A stretch of 64,000 nucleotides of DNA from Octopus sinensis (GCF_006345805.1 NC_042999.1:77624001-77688000), one strand, 5' to 3'; shown: positions 25,566 through 38,028, counted from the stretch's first letter. Notes: generated from the sequence alone by a model not told the origin. A program made the numbers and translations.

Positions 25566-27870
25566 ATATATATATATGTATACTGTAGGACATGCTAATT
25601 ATACACTGATTTTAAACCAAGAAGTATATATATATATATATATATACATATATATACATATATACGACGGGCTTCTTTCAGTTTTCCGTCTACCAAATCC
25701 ACTCACAAGGCTTTGGTCGACCCGAGGCTATAGTAGAAGACACTTGCCCAAGGTGTGGGACTGAACCCGGAACCATGTGGTTGGTAAACAAGCTACTTAC
25801 CACACAGTCACTCCTGCGCCTATCCTTACATTTTCTATAAATCTTCTCTATTGTTGTTACTAAGTTAGTACTAATTGGTACTTCATCATGATTTTAAGTG
25901 ATTAAGCTATTTTATATCCCTTTCTATGGTGTTCTACCCTACCTGATCATTTTAATACTTTTTAATACTTTATAATTACCGTTAGATAAACCTAAATTTT
26001 TGTACCCCTATAAATTCATACTTAGCTTATATAAAACAATATGGGTATCTTCACAACTTAAAATTAAACTGCTTAGATTATTATTTAATCAATTTATAGT
26101 AAATTTGTTCTTTCACCTCAATGATTACCTTAAATTTTAACTTTATACAATATGGATATATTATTTTAAATAGTTTTAGTAATTAAGTCTTTTATCCCTT
26201 TCTTAAAGTGTTCAGTCCTCCTGATCTTAGTATTTATAATTAGCGTTATACAAGCAGCCCTTCTAATTAAGTACCCTCAAGAAACTGTAATATCATGTAT
26301 GGATTAACACTAATAACTTTTAAAATCTATATAATACCTCTTAATTTAATTTAGTATATAATTAGCATGTCCTTTTAACAACAATTATTCCTTTAACCAA
26401 TACTGGGTTTCAGTCTTGATTGAAATAAGCTAAATAAGTTAATTAACAATTTTTAGCTCTTAATATTTAAATTATTATACATTTTCTACAAATATTCTCT
26501 ATTGAAGTTAATAAGGTATAGATATTTTATTATGGTTTTAGTGATTAGGCTATCTTTATTCCTTTTCTATGTTGCTCTACCCTAACTGATCATTTTATTA
26601 TTTTATAATAGTCTTTAATAAATCTAATCTTTGTATCCCTATTAATTCATACTTAGCTTATAAAAGACAATACTGGTATCTCTACAACTTAAAATAGTTC
26701 AATTTAATTAAATTAGTATATAGTTAACATGTTCTTTAACCTCAGTGTTCCGTTATTAAATACCAGTCAAATTGATCATTCTCCATAGATATCATCTAAT
26801 AAGTTAATATTTAGATAAATAATAAGTGTAAGTATTAAACTATTTCTTTGTAATTTTCTTTTCCTCTCTCTATCGTGGTAAAATTTGGTATATACTCAAA
26901 AGTATTCAAAGAAGGTTTATCCTCTTTGTTATAATATCATTCTTAATAATCTTCTTAATTACCCTAAATTTTAACTTTATATAATAAGGCAATATTGTTT
27001 GAAATGATCTTTAGAAATTACTTGATTTATCCCTTTCTTAAAGAGCTCTACCCTCCTGATCTTAGTATTTATAAGGGCCTTTATATAAATAACCCTTCTA
27101 ATTATGTACCCCAAAGAAACTATAAATGTCATGATTGGAGTAATAATAATTTCTTAAACCTATAATATAACCCTTAGTTTAAAAAAAAAATAGTGTAAAA
27201 TTAGAATGTCCTATAACTTAAATATTCCTTTAGCTAATAACAGGTATCAGTCTTTTATTGATGCCAGCTAAAGAAGTAAATATATAATTTTTAATCTAAT
27301 ATATATTGAATTATTATACGTTTTCTATATATCTTCTCTATTGTTGTTAATAAGCTACATATACTTTATCATGTTTTTAGTAATTAAGCTATTTTATTCC
27401 TTTTCTATGGTGGTCTGCCCTACCTGATTATTTTATTTCTTTATTATTTTATAATTAGCCTTTATTTATTTATAAAATAAATCTAATTTTTACACATCTA
27501 TAAATTCATACTTAGTTTATATAAAACAATACTGGTATATTCACTACTTATAATAAACTGCTTAGTTTATAATTTAATTAATATATAGTCAGCATGTTCT
27601 TTTATCTCAGTACTCTTATATTAAATACCAGTATATACCAATTAATAAATATTCACAGATACCATCTGATGAGTTAGTATTTAAGTATATAATGTTTAAA
27701 TATTAAACTATTTCTGGATAATTTCTTTTCTTCCCTCTATTATGGTAAAAGTTTGGTATATACTCAAAAGTATTCAAAAATTTTTTATCCTTTTGATATA
27801 ATATTCTTCTTAATAATCCTTTGATTAACCCTAAAGTTTAATTGTATACAATATAGCAACAATGTTTAAA
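25050..27870. repeat. Diverged AT-rich tandem array (~840-bp units with internal subrepeats), about 3 copies
   Basis: TAATTAGCATGTCC-like marker at ~25101, 26357, 27195; CCTACCTGAT-like at ~25938, 26580, 27419; CCTCCTGATCTTAG at ~26217, 27052; block 26750-26945 recurs at 27620-27810. Confidence 0.75.
25300..25822 (-). mobile_element. tRNA-derived SINE (family B), full length
   Basis: Reverse complement of the copy at 50787-51256, with an (AGAGTAA)-like tail. Confidence 0.9.
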
Positions 27871-28327
27871 ATATTTAACTATAGTACTACATGATAAGAT
27901 TTCACCTGTTTCATTATCAAGGGTCTGCTAGTGCCTGCCCCCTTAATTGTCAGCTAATATCTTGATTTAAGTTTTCCTTTACCAAACCTCATGATATTGC
28001 TTCTAATAAGTCTTGATTTTTATGACTATACCCACAATGATTTCTGTCCACTCCCTCAGCCCTACCCCTAATAGACACTGCCCCTTGTTCTCTCGACCTT
28101 AGATATAAAAGGATTTGTTAAAAATAGTCTGTCAATTAAAACTGACCCCATAAAAAACAGTGACAAGCAAAAATCTGTAACAAGTCTTTCTTCATGATAC
28201 CTTAGTAGCTTCTAAGCTGAAGGGAAGGCAGCATGTTCTTTGTCTATCTCCTTAACTTCTTGGAGATTTTTGGTAAAATTATACTAATGTGTCCATTTGT
28301 TTAATTTAATTAAATTCTATGTCTTTG

Positions 28328-28413
28328 TGCACCTGAAGATTGCTCTGTATTAAAATTGATGTAATGATTGCATTGTTCAATTAAATAGAGTTGCTTGAAA
28401 CGATTGTACTGCA
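28328..28413 (+). ncRNA. Degenerate hammerhead motif with long stem II
   Basis: tgcac-CTGAAGA-ttgctct..agagttgctt-GAAA-cgattg-TA-ctgca; near-palindromic stem III and 4/5 stem I. Confidence 0.5.
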
Positions 28414-28442
28414 TTACCTCTGGATGTGTGTACATGTATGTA

Positions 28443-28490
<48 letters not shown>

Positions 28491-29173
28491 TACATACATG
28501 TACACACGCTCACACACACACACACATTTCTGCATCTGTATTAGGCGTTTTGTTCGTGTTTGGGTGTGTACTCATAAAACTAGTCTGTCGGGTGTGTACT
28601 CATAAAACTAGTCTGTCAATTAAAACTGACTCCATAAAAAACTTGTTGCTTATTTTGATTTTAATCACCTTATTTTGAAATTGTATGGATAATACCGTAC
28701 TAAATTCTGGTGCCTCATTATTATCAAAGGAATTCCAACTCTATTTTTTATGTTTTATCTATATTCTTTATAATATTAATGTAGAATATAGAATATATAG
28801 TATAAACAGTATATATAGTAAAATGAAATGAAGTATTGATTGTCTTATTGAATAGATGAAATATTGAATATCAAATATTAAGGGACTAGTATACTTTCTG
28901 GCATTTAAGCAGTCTTCAAGGTCCCAGGTTGTGACAGGAATGTTTCAACTGTAGTTGGCTGGCTGTCTTTTGTTCTTTATACACATTTATACACACACGC
29001 GCGCGCACACGCACACAAACACACGCACTCGCGTGCGCACATACACACATACACACATATATGTATACACGAATATGCACATTATTTTAATATATATATA
29101 TAATATGAAAGAATATTATTCCAAACTTACAGGGAAAAATTCAATTTAGAAATACTAAATCAAATTTCACAAA

Positions 29174-29208
<35 letters not shown>

Positions 29209-29218
29209 TAGAAAAAAA

Positions 29219-29512
29219 ATTGAGGTATGGTCCTGGTTGTTCAAGGACTTATGCAGAAATCCTTCAACTCACATGCATATGGGCATCACACATACCCTTA
29301 ATATCACATAATATAAACTTATGAATCCACAACCTCATGAGTTTATAATCTCGTAAACCAAGTTTGACGTCAAAATATATGAAAAATATGTGAAACTCCA
29401 CAGTTATGAGTACACACCCAAATACGAACAAAACGCCTAATGCAGATGCAGAAATGTGTGTGTGTGTGTGTGAGCGTGTGTACATGTATGTATGTATGTG
29501 CGTGTATGTATG

Positions 29513-29585
<73 letters not shown>

Positions 29586-29848
29586 ATACATGTACACACA
29601 CTCACACACACATTTCTGCATCTATATTAGGCGTTTTGTTCGTATTTGGGTGTGTACTCATAACTGTGGAGTTTCACATATTTTTCATATATTTTGACGT
29701 CAAACTTGGTTTACGGGATTATAAACTCATGAGGTTGTGGATTCATAAGTTTATATTATGTGATATTAAGAGTATGTGTGATGCCCATATGCATGTGAGT
29801 TGAGGGATCTCTGCATAAGTCCTTGAACAACCAGGGCTATACCTCAAT
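29219..29848. repeat. ~630-bp palindrome centred on a (TA)n tract
   Basis: The arms are reverse complements with only a few substitutions, giving mirror ORFs 29264..29611(-) and 29492..29803(+). Confidence 0.95.
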
Positions 29849-29995
29849 GGCAGTAGACGATGCAAACTTTGCCTGGTTGAGAGGGCAAGGATCCTAAAAA
29901 TTTCGCTCGACCCGAAGGCCTTCTTGAATTCCAAAAGCGAGATATTTTGTAAGTGCTCTCGTGAGAGAAAATTCAGGTTGAAGACATGGAATTTC
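29740..29995 (+). pseudogene. Naiad-type PLE endonuclease C-terminal fragment
   Basis: YLNGSRRCKLCLVERARILKISLDPKAFLNSKSEIFCKCSRERKFRL matches the CxLCxxE..LNxxSE..C motif. Confidence 0.75.
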
Positions 29996-30251
29996 TCGCT
30001 AGCTGACGAGTGAACGGACACAGCAGGAATCGCTCAAAAGGAGAATTCCATTTCTTTCACAAGATTTTCATTTCGAAGAATTTCGTTTCAGGTTTCTTTC
30101 TACACAATTTTGCCGACCAAATGTGCATTCTTACCTCCATTATGAAAGAGGTTATGTACACCAGCAGGTCTGACAACCTGCCTGTATTGTCAAGAGCAAT
30201 AATAGACTTGAAAAGAACAGTAAAAGGACCGACCATAACCAATAATTCTTT

Positions 30252-30313
<62 letters not shown>

Positions 30314-31269
30314 ATACACCTCGTATATCTAGCCCTTTCTATGATAAGTATTGTCTTAAAAATTTTAATTAGGTGCATCGTGTGTTTATCCTCTCTCTTT
30401 CGCTCCATTTTTTTATTCTCTTTTTCTCTCTCCTCCGTTATTTTCATTCACATTTCGACCACGTTTAAGTCATATGTTCAAGAGATTGCATCAAGACATC
30501 TGTGTAAAGGATTGTATCTGATCTCTTTTTAAGCCGTACACTTTACTACTCCTTTTTCTCTTCTGTTAGCCAATACTCCCTCACATCCCCACTTCAGATG
30601 TTACCAACGTAACATTGTCCACCTCACTCACTATCCATATTCTTTCTCCCCTCCACCACTCTCTCATTATAATTACTCTATTTCTTTCATCATAATTTGC
30701 TCCCTTTACCATTCCTTTTCGTTTTTCTGTCATTGCTCTCCTATTCATCTTCTCAGTCATGTTACGCGTGACCAAACGAACACGCAATAAGGACTCTTAA
30801 ACCTTACGGGGTACAAGGCAACTCCACTATTACTGGTAACGCAATAAAGTACCCTCTGTAAAGTAGATATAGCAAAGGATCAAGAGAACCCTTCGTCTTG
30901 CTTAACCCCTAGCACTCATAACATAAATGTTGAGAATTAAAACGTGCTCTGTCAACTTTTCTTAGACTGGGTCATCAAGGTGTAGAAGTTGTCAGAGCTA
31001 ATTTTTTTATTGTACTCCGTATTCTCCATTAACCTTTAAAATATATCCTACGTATACCCTGGAATTTCTGTGTGTACATCCAACGATGAATGCAAAGTTT
31101 TGCTGATCACGCCTGATAACCATAAGCGGTGAGCGTGCCCTGGAGATACACTACTTGGGGCTTACCCTGAAACAAGGTTTGGATACTGCATTTAACTCCT
31201 ACTTTCTAAACCTTAATTCTTTGACTTGAAATTCGACTTATATATGCTTCTATAGCCCAGAACAGACTA

Positions 31270-31530
31270 ATGCCTAATGAGTGAATTTGGTAGATGGAAA
31301 CTGTGTAGAAGCCTGTTATATTTGTATGTGTGTGTAAATCTTAGTATTTGTGTTTATCCCCTAGCGTTGGTTTCTTTACGTCTTCGTAATTTAGCAGTTC
31401 GGTAAAAGCGACCCAAAAGAATTGGTACCATACTTAAAATAAGTAGTGGCGTCTACCCTTTTTCGACCAGCCTTACAAAGCGGTGCACCAGCATGACTGC
31501 AGTCCAATGACTGAAACAAGTAAAACAATA
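31270..31530 (+). mobile_element. 5'-truncated SINE (family B-related)
   Basis: GTGAATTTGGTAGATGGAAACTG..GCAGTCCAATGACTGAAACAAGTAAAA. Confidence 0.6.
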
Positions 31531-31782
31531 AATAAATAAATAATAAAGAAAACACGAGGTGTTTGTTTAGGGGGATTGGCTTTAAGGGACTACGTGGTGA
31601 CATTTTTGTTGGTTTTATGAGAGTGTGAGCACGGCAGGTTTTGATGTACTGTGCCTATTTATTCTAAATTATACAAACACTTCTAATCTATGAAATATAT
31701 TTGTTTTATCATTAAAATATATATTTACTCTTCCACTAATATCTATTCCCTATAATTTTTTTCCAGAATAATACAAAAGAAG

Positions 31783-34700
31783 ATGGAAGCAGGTGTTTGT
31801 TTAAAAATCCAGCTACTTTGCAGTTTATTAAGCACTTGCTTTTTCAAACTCATTCCTTCAAATCAAATTGAAAATAATACTTTTCTGTGTATATATGGTG
31901 TTAGAAAACTGTCTGAAACCAGACTTTTTAGTATCGATGGAAAACTCCTGGAGACAACAGCTCGCGCATTCGTTCATATCAATACAACTTCCTCAGAAAA
32001 CGAATGTGTGATTGAATTAAAACATTTAAATATACCACGTATCAAAATCCGTATTTTGATCTATTTCTTTTCGTGTTCTGATGAGCTGACTGTTAGGCTG
32101 GACACGACGGATGTTGAGACCATGCCACGCAATATTTTATATTTACAAATTCAAAGTTGCTTAATGTCCCAAGAAGATGTTGGTAAACTAGAAAGTCTTT
32201 ATGATTTGCGTGTGTTAACTTATTTTAAGACTATACCATCATCTGCTATATGGTCCGGGAATAACGAAACTGACAATGTAAAGGGTATTGATAATGTTGT
32301 TTCATACAATATACAGGCGGACAGAAATTACTCTTCCACTTTACCATGGGTATTAACAGCGAACAGAACTTATCCCACTATAGCAGAACTTTCTCTCAGC
32401 GGTATCGGCTTAACCGAATTTCCTGATGAAATGCGGATTAGATTTCCAAATTTGCAATCACTAGAAATTCCCAATAATAAACTTATTGAAATTCCCAAGT
32501 TTCCATATACTGAGGAGACTTACAAACTTCCACTCGGGCTTTCTAGAACGCCATATATGCAAAACCATTATGCAGAAGTTTTCGGAATTAAAGTGAAACC
32601 AAACTACTTCAGAAGAATATTAAATTTGAACGGCAACCAAATTACAAATCTATCCGATAACTGCACTAGTGGATTTTTACAAGTGCTATTCCTGGAAAAA
32701 AATGGTGTAGTTAATATATCTGACCATGCTCTTTCAAGTATTTACGGTTTAGATACACTTACCCTGGAGAATAACTTACTTATACAGATCGGGGAAAAGC
32801 AATTCAGCTATTGCAAAGATCTTCAAAGTTTGAATCTAAAATTTAACAAAATTTCCTGGATTCATTCAAGAGCTTTCAGACATAATAAAAATCTTTTGAA
32901 ATTGGATTTATCCAATAACAAGCTTGTTTCATTGGAGGAAGGAATATTTACAGCATTAGATAATATGAAAACACTGAATTTGGAATATAATCAGATTCAA
33001 AACCTTTCTTGCAAGAGTCTACCGCTGTCTTCTATTAAGTTAGAGGAAATAAATTTACGCAACAATACTCTTGAAACCTTACCTATATGTTTCTTTTTGA
33101 TACGCACGTTGAAACAAGTCGATCTAAGTTTTAACCAGATAGCGATAGGAAAAGTATCAATTCTACTTGGGTTGATTAATTCATCAGAGCTCATTCACAG
33201 TGTTGTCTATTCAGCAAGTTCATCAGTTGATTTATACCGAAAGCCGAAAGAACGGCGGTTAATTGATCTCTCTTATAATCAAATCCACCGATTAGATTTC
33301 AGTAATTTCACTGAATCTAACCATCGTACCATGGTGCTAATTTTATTAAATTTTGAACTTCGTTTCACAGGTAATTTAATTGAATGTGATTGTCATTTGC
33401 TTCCACTTTTAGACTTCTTCATTACTCACAGAGAAAAGCATTATTTTGATGGAAGTGAATATTTTTACCATAAATGGAGATGTGATTCGCCAAGCGAATT
33501 TAAAAATACACCTATTCTATCTCTTAAAAAAGAACAGCTTTACTGCTCTGAAGCGATGCTTCATTGTCCGACGAATTGCATGTGTTACCGTCGTTTAGTA
33601 CAGAAAACAGTTATTGTTGATTGCAGACATAGAAAAATTACTGTCTTTCCTCTTACTATGCCAGACGGTAAACTTGAAGTATGGCTTCAGTTTAATAACA
33701 TTACTAAACTTGTTAACAGGCCGTATCTATCTCAGATTACACATCTTAATCTTACGAAAAACAGTATTACTTCATTGAATCACACTGTGATGAGAAATAT
33801 GGTAAACCTCAAACAAATGATTTTGAATTGGAATCTTTTGACTACATTACCTAAAGAAATACAATATGTTCAATTTGAAGTCTTAAATATCAATAATAAT
33901 CATTTTTTTTGCGATTGCACAAATATATGGCTGAAAAAATGGTTACAGAAATCAAGGGAATCAATTGTGAATTGGCGAAGAATTGTATGTAATACTGTAG
34001 GAGATAAAGTTCTGAATATTGTAGAGGTTCCCAATGACAAGTTTATCTGTAATAATCCGAATGATAATTTCAACAAGACGTTAACGTTAGGGCTATCCCT
34101 TGCTCTAGCTATTCTAATTTTACTTGTTTGCCTTTTCTTATTCATTCACTATTGGTTGGAAATAAAAGTTATACTGTATGTCTACTTAAATATTCGCCCA
34201 TTTGACAGTAATCCCCAAAAAATAGATGATGATTTAGAACCTATTGATACGCTTATAGTGTATTCTAAATCACTTTCTGAGTGGGCCACCGAAAACATTA
34301 TTAAGAATCTCGAAAAGTTGAGTTTCAACGTCTTAGATACGAACCGTGATCTCCTGATTGGTATGAGTTTTCAGGAGAACATACGTGTAGCCGTGTCCCG
34401 AAGCAAATACAGTATCATTGTTCTGTCTGAAGAAAGTATCGAAGACTCACTGGTACAAATAGCTCTTTCGTATACTTATGAAAAAACACTCAGTGTGAGA
34501 CCAACATATATTATACTTATCTTACACGATATTAAAAGAAATATAGTTAAAAATAAAAATCTCAAAAAATATTTGCACAGTGGCCGTTTTATAAATTCCA
34601 CAGACCACATGATGGAGAAGAAATTATTTTATATGCTAACCGGTAGAAACTTATATAACAATCATGACATCCCGTTACGCCGAAGAAAATCTTACAAAGT

Positions 34701-35205
34701 ATTTTTTCCGGAAGTTTTGGGCTCTGCCAATACACTGAATGAACAAAAGAAGTATGATATTTTCATTAGTTACCCTGACCAGACTTATAAATTTGCTACT
34801 GGACCTTTATTATCCACTTTACAATCACGTGGCTATTCCATCTGCTTACCAGATCGAGACTTTGTCGTCGGCTCAGCTAAAGAAGAAAACATATTGAAGG
34901 CCATTAAAAGCTCAATTAGAACCTTGATTGTTATCACTGAATCTCATGTGGAAGATGAATGGCAACTATTTACTCTAAGAACAGCAGTCCAATGTTCTCT
35001 TAAGAAACCTTTCAATTATTTATTATGTATTTTAGATTGTATTGAAGATAAAAACAAACTCGATCCTGAGACGCAGGCTTATGTTACGTCTCATGTTGTT
35101 ATTGATAAAGACGATCCACTGTTATGGAAGAAATTGTTTCGTTCAATTCCACCAGCAAGGACAGTTGAGAACTCTACACCTTCATTTGACTCAAGAAAAT
35201 CATGA
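31783..35205 (+). CDS. Toll-like receptor, protostome multiple-cysteine-cluster type, with two tandem TIR domains
   Basis: Uninterrupted 1140-aa ORF: signal peptide, many LxxLxLxxNxI LRRs, LRRCT (NLIECDC), LRRNT (CPTNCMC), second LRRCT (NHFFCDC), TM at ~34081-34155, TIR1 (DTLIVYS, RDLLIG) and TIR2 (YDIFISY, CLPDRDFVVG, LWKKL). A splice acceptor TTTTTTCCAG ends at 31766. Confidence 0.95.
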   Translation: MEAGVCLKIQLLCSLLSTCFFKLIPSNQIENNTFLCIYGVRKLSETRLFSIDGKLLETTARAFVHINTTSSENECVIELKHLNIPRIKIRILIYFFSCSDELTVRLDTTDVETMPRNILYLQIQSCLMSQEDVGKLESLYDLRVLTYFKTIPSSAIWSGNNETDNVKGIDNVVSYNIQADRNYSSTLPWVLTANRTYPTIAELSLSGIGLTEFPDEMRIRFPNLQSLEIPNNKLIEIPKFPYTEETYKLPLGLSRTPYMQNHYAEVFGIKVKPNYFRRILNLNGNQITNLSDNCTSGFLQVLFLEKNGVVNISDHALSSIYGLDTLTLENNLLIQIGEKQFSYCKDLQSLNLKFNKISWIHSRAFRHNKNLLKLDLSNNKLVSLEEGIFTALDNMKTLNLEYNQIQNLSCKSLPLSSIKLEEINLRNNTLETLPICFFLIRTLKQVDLSFNQIAIGKVSILLGLINSSELIHSVVYSASSSVDLYRKPKERRLIDLSYNQIHRLDFSNFTESNHRTMVLILLNFELRFTGNLIECDCHLLPLLDFFITHREKHYFDGSEYFYHKWRCDSPSEFKNTPILSLKKEQLYCSEAMLHCPTNCMCYRRLVQKTVIVDCRHRKITVFPLTMPDGKLEVWLQFNNITKLVNRPYLSQITHLNLTKNSITSLNHTVMRNMVNLKQMILNWNLLTTLPKEIQYVQFEVLNINNNHFFCDCTNIWLKKWLQKSRESIVNWRRIVCNTVGDKVLNIVEVPNDKFICNNPNDNFNKTLTLGLSLALAILILLVCLFLFIHYWLEIKVILYVYLNIRPFDSNPQKIDDDLEPIDTLIVYSKSLSEWATENIIKNLEKLSFNVLDTNRDLLIGMSFQENIRVAVSRSKYSIIVLSEESIEDSLVQIALSYTYEKTLSVRPTYIILILHDIKRNIVKNKNLKKYLHSGRFINSTDHMMEKKLFYMLTGRNLYNNHDIPLRRRKSYKVFFPEVLGSANTLNEQKKYDIFISYPDQTYKFATGPLLSTLQSRGYSICLPDRDFVVGSAKEENILKAIKSSIRTLIVITESHVEDEWQLFTLRTAVQCSLKKPFNYLLCILDCIEDKNKLDPETQAYVTSHVVIDKDDPLLWKKLFRSIPPARTVENSTPSFDSRKS

Positions 35206-35324
35206 AGATGTTACATTAAAAAAAAATAATACTAATAACAATTCACAGACTTAAATATCTTATAAAGAAACATTACCATCATCTTTTATGTATTATTTAT
35301 TTCGTTTAAAAATCATCTACATTT

Positions 35325-36330
35325 GGATCTTTTCCTTTTCATGGGCAGCTCGATTAATTAATTTTCTTTAACTAAACACTTTGAAACTTCGTATACTGGT
35401 AGAATGTGTCATAAAGAAAATCTTTTACTCTTAGCGTTGTTGAGAAAAGTTTCTATTTACGAAGTTATTTCGTGTTAAAGTTGTCATATTTCGGTAATTT
35501 CAACCAATCAATGACGTGTATTCAGCTGAATAAAATTACTACTGTGGTTTGTCAACAACAACTTCCGGTGGTGTATATTTCGTTTGTCACTGTTATTTAT
35601 GACATATTTCATCTCAGTTACGTTCTTATGGATAAATGAGTGCATCTGAAGCATGTTTACTTCATGACACCACTACAATCGTTCGTGCATTTCCACTGCT
35701 TTTAGGTTTTTGTTTTCCTGTTTTTCAGCTACTATTTCCGGAGAGACTTCCTCCCCCACCATTTTCTCGCAAATTATTGTTTTTAAAATTTTCTTTTGCC
35801 AAAAAACCCAGCTTTTCGGATACGGAGATTCCAGAAAATTGCCAAAAATCGGAATTTTGAAATTTTTTGGCCCCCACCCCACTTACTCCACCCTCCTCCA
35901 ATTTCTTCATTTTTCACTTTTTTCCGTAACTCTTACCTTACAACCCTAACCCTAACCCTAAAACACTAACCCTAACCTTAACCCTAATCCTAAAACCACA
36001 ACCCTAACCCGAAAACCCTAAAGGTAAAACCAGTACAAACGCACAAACGATGTCATAAATACCAGTGACAACCGCCGATAGTTGTTGACAAACAACAGCA
36101 GCAATTTTATTCAGCTGAATATACGTCATTGATTGGTTGAAATTACCGAAATACAACAATTTTAACACGAAATAACTTCGTAAATATAAACACGAACTAA
36201 CTTCGTAAATATCAACAACGCTAAGAGTAAAAGATGTTCTATATGATACATTCTACCAGTATACGAAGTTTCAAAGTGTTTAGTCAAAGAAAATTAATTA
36301 ATCGAGCTACCCATGAAAAGGAAAAGATCC
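35325..36330. mobile_element. Non-autonomous Merlin-like DNA transposon with ~280-bp TIRs and internal (CCCTAA)n
   Basis: Ends GGATCTTTTCCTTTTCATGGG / CCCATGAAAAGGAAAAGATCC, perfect 8-bp TSD CTACATTT (35317, 36331), telomere-like repeats at 35943-36020. Confidence 0.85.
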
Positions 36331-36799
36331 CTACATTTTGTTCATTCATCACATTTTCAGTTTCTGTATTGTATATATTCATTCGATTGTATATATTCAT
36401 TTACGCCGTCTTTATTCCAAGCTTCCCGTTTCTATCATATTCAAGACTATCTTGAAAAATGTAACGGACTTCATGTCAGTGAATAAATTATCAGGCTGAG
36501 TAAAAAGTAAGCAACGTTTTGAAACATGAAATTCATCATAATATATTTCAACAATGCGGACATTTTATTCATCAAAGTAAGTACCATTACAATCAACACA
36601 TTTTTTTCCAACGAGTTACAATTTATTTATTCCAGTAACATAAAAACCTGGAGTTTTGGAGCTGATAAACTCTTTGAGCGCACTTTCAGCATGGATTTGA
36701 TTTTTGAACTCCTCTCGCAGGAAACCCTCGAGGTGCTTGAAAAAGGTGGTACTCGGTAGGAGAAAGGCCTGGGGAAAATGCTGGATGGAATATGCTCTT

Positions 36800-38028
36800 C
36801 TTTTTTTTCTCATTCTTTTTTAAGAACACATTTTTCTCGAGTAAAGTTAAAAAATGTTCATAATAAATTAGTTACCTTTAATCTGAAATTTTCGATCCTT
36901 TTATAATCCACAACCGGCGGCCTTCCATTAAAGTACACGGGCCCGTGAAACCTTATGATAAATTCGCTACAATATTTCCATAGGTTGTCGCTCATTTCCT
37001 CGTTCACCAATACACACCTTTCTTCTCCGAACTTCCCCTTAGGTAGTTTCACTCTAATCAAATTTTTTTTTAATCTTTTCCATTTCTGCATTCATCCTTC
37101 CTTCCGTATCCATTTCTCCTTCTATCTCCTCTTTCTCACTCTGCATCGGATCAGTCTGCTTATTTTTATATAAGGAGCACTTCAATTTCATGTGCCCCCT
37201 TTCACTGCAGATGTAGCAATTGGGTCTGCGACCCTGCACTATCACTTTCAAGGAATTTTCCCTTACAATCTTTACTTAGTAGGGAAGCCTTTCTATATCT
37301 ACAAATGTGGCGAAGAGCCACATCTCCACTCCGCTTCCCCAACAATTCAACATATCCGTTCTTCCAATAAGTCTGAGCTTCGGCTTATCCTCAGTGGTCG
37401 CTAAAATGGCCGCTGCCAACCACTCCGTTTTAATTTCAGGCGGCACCCTAGCTATCTTGACCCGGATGTGGCGCCTACCCTTATATGTGGACAACAGCGT
37501 CACCCTGTCCTACCTCGGGACATCTGTGGAGTGTGAGGCCGCCTCTTCTTTGGTTGCAAACCTCACCTCCACTGTTCCATATCTCCTTCCTCTGCTCACA
37601 AATGTCGCCTTTTGCATGATGTCCCCTAGGCACTCCTGTACGTCTTCTTCCGATATTTTCTCAATTTTATTTTTGGTGACCGCTTGTGTGCGGTACACCA
37701 CTGTTTTTTCACTTTTCTCTTCTATTCACTCTTGTGGGGTGACCAACTTGATTGCGCCTCCCTCCTTCTGCACCAAACACAAACCTTTCAATATTTCATC
37801 TTTATCACAGTGTATCTTCTCGGCTTCCAACGGGGTAGCTGTCTTTGCCGCAGCAGCTTTCGCGAAGCTTTCCATAATGCTACGCTCTTCCTCACCCCCA
37901 CTGGGAAAAAAGAATCACGCCAACAACAGCAAGTAACAACAACACACGTGAGACACTTCAACAATAAAATCAACAGTAAAATCACAACAGTTCTCACCTT
38001 CTCACAAAAAGTCACATTGAAAATCAGT
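36800..38028 (-). mobile_element. ORF1-only (HAL1-like) Tx1/L1-related retroelement 1
   Basis: Degraded ORF from ATG 37875 to 36858 with an RRM-like region, VIVQGRRPN-CYICSERGHMKLKC knuckle and the shared C-terminal module; no RT. Confidence 0.7.

Noticed and set aside
27660-27720. CTGATGAG plus hairpin as a hammerhead
   Set aside because: It lacks GAAA and stem III, and the paralogous unit reads CTAATAAG.
28905-28952. Permuted (type II) hammerhead on the minus strand
   Set aside because: Stem I cannot form.
29795-29805. In-frame TGA in the Naiad EN as selenocysteine
   Set aside because: It falls at a conserved Trp position (TGG to TGA decay), not a Cys, and no SECIS was identified.
35943-36020. 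Interstitial telomere or chromosome fusion site
   Set aside because: The repeats are short, degenerate and enclosed within a TIR element with a TSD.
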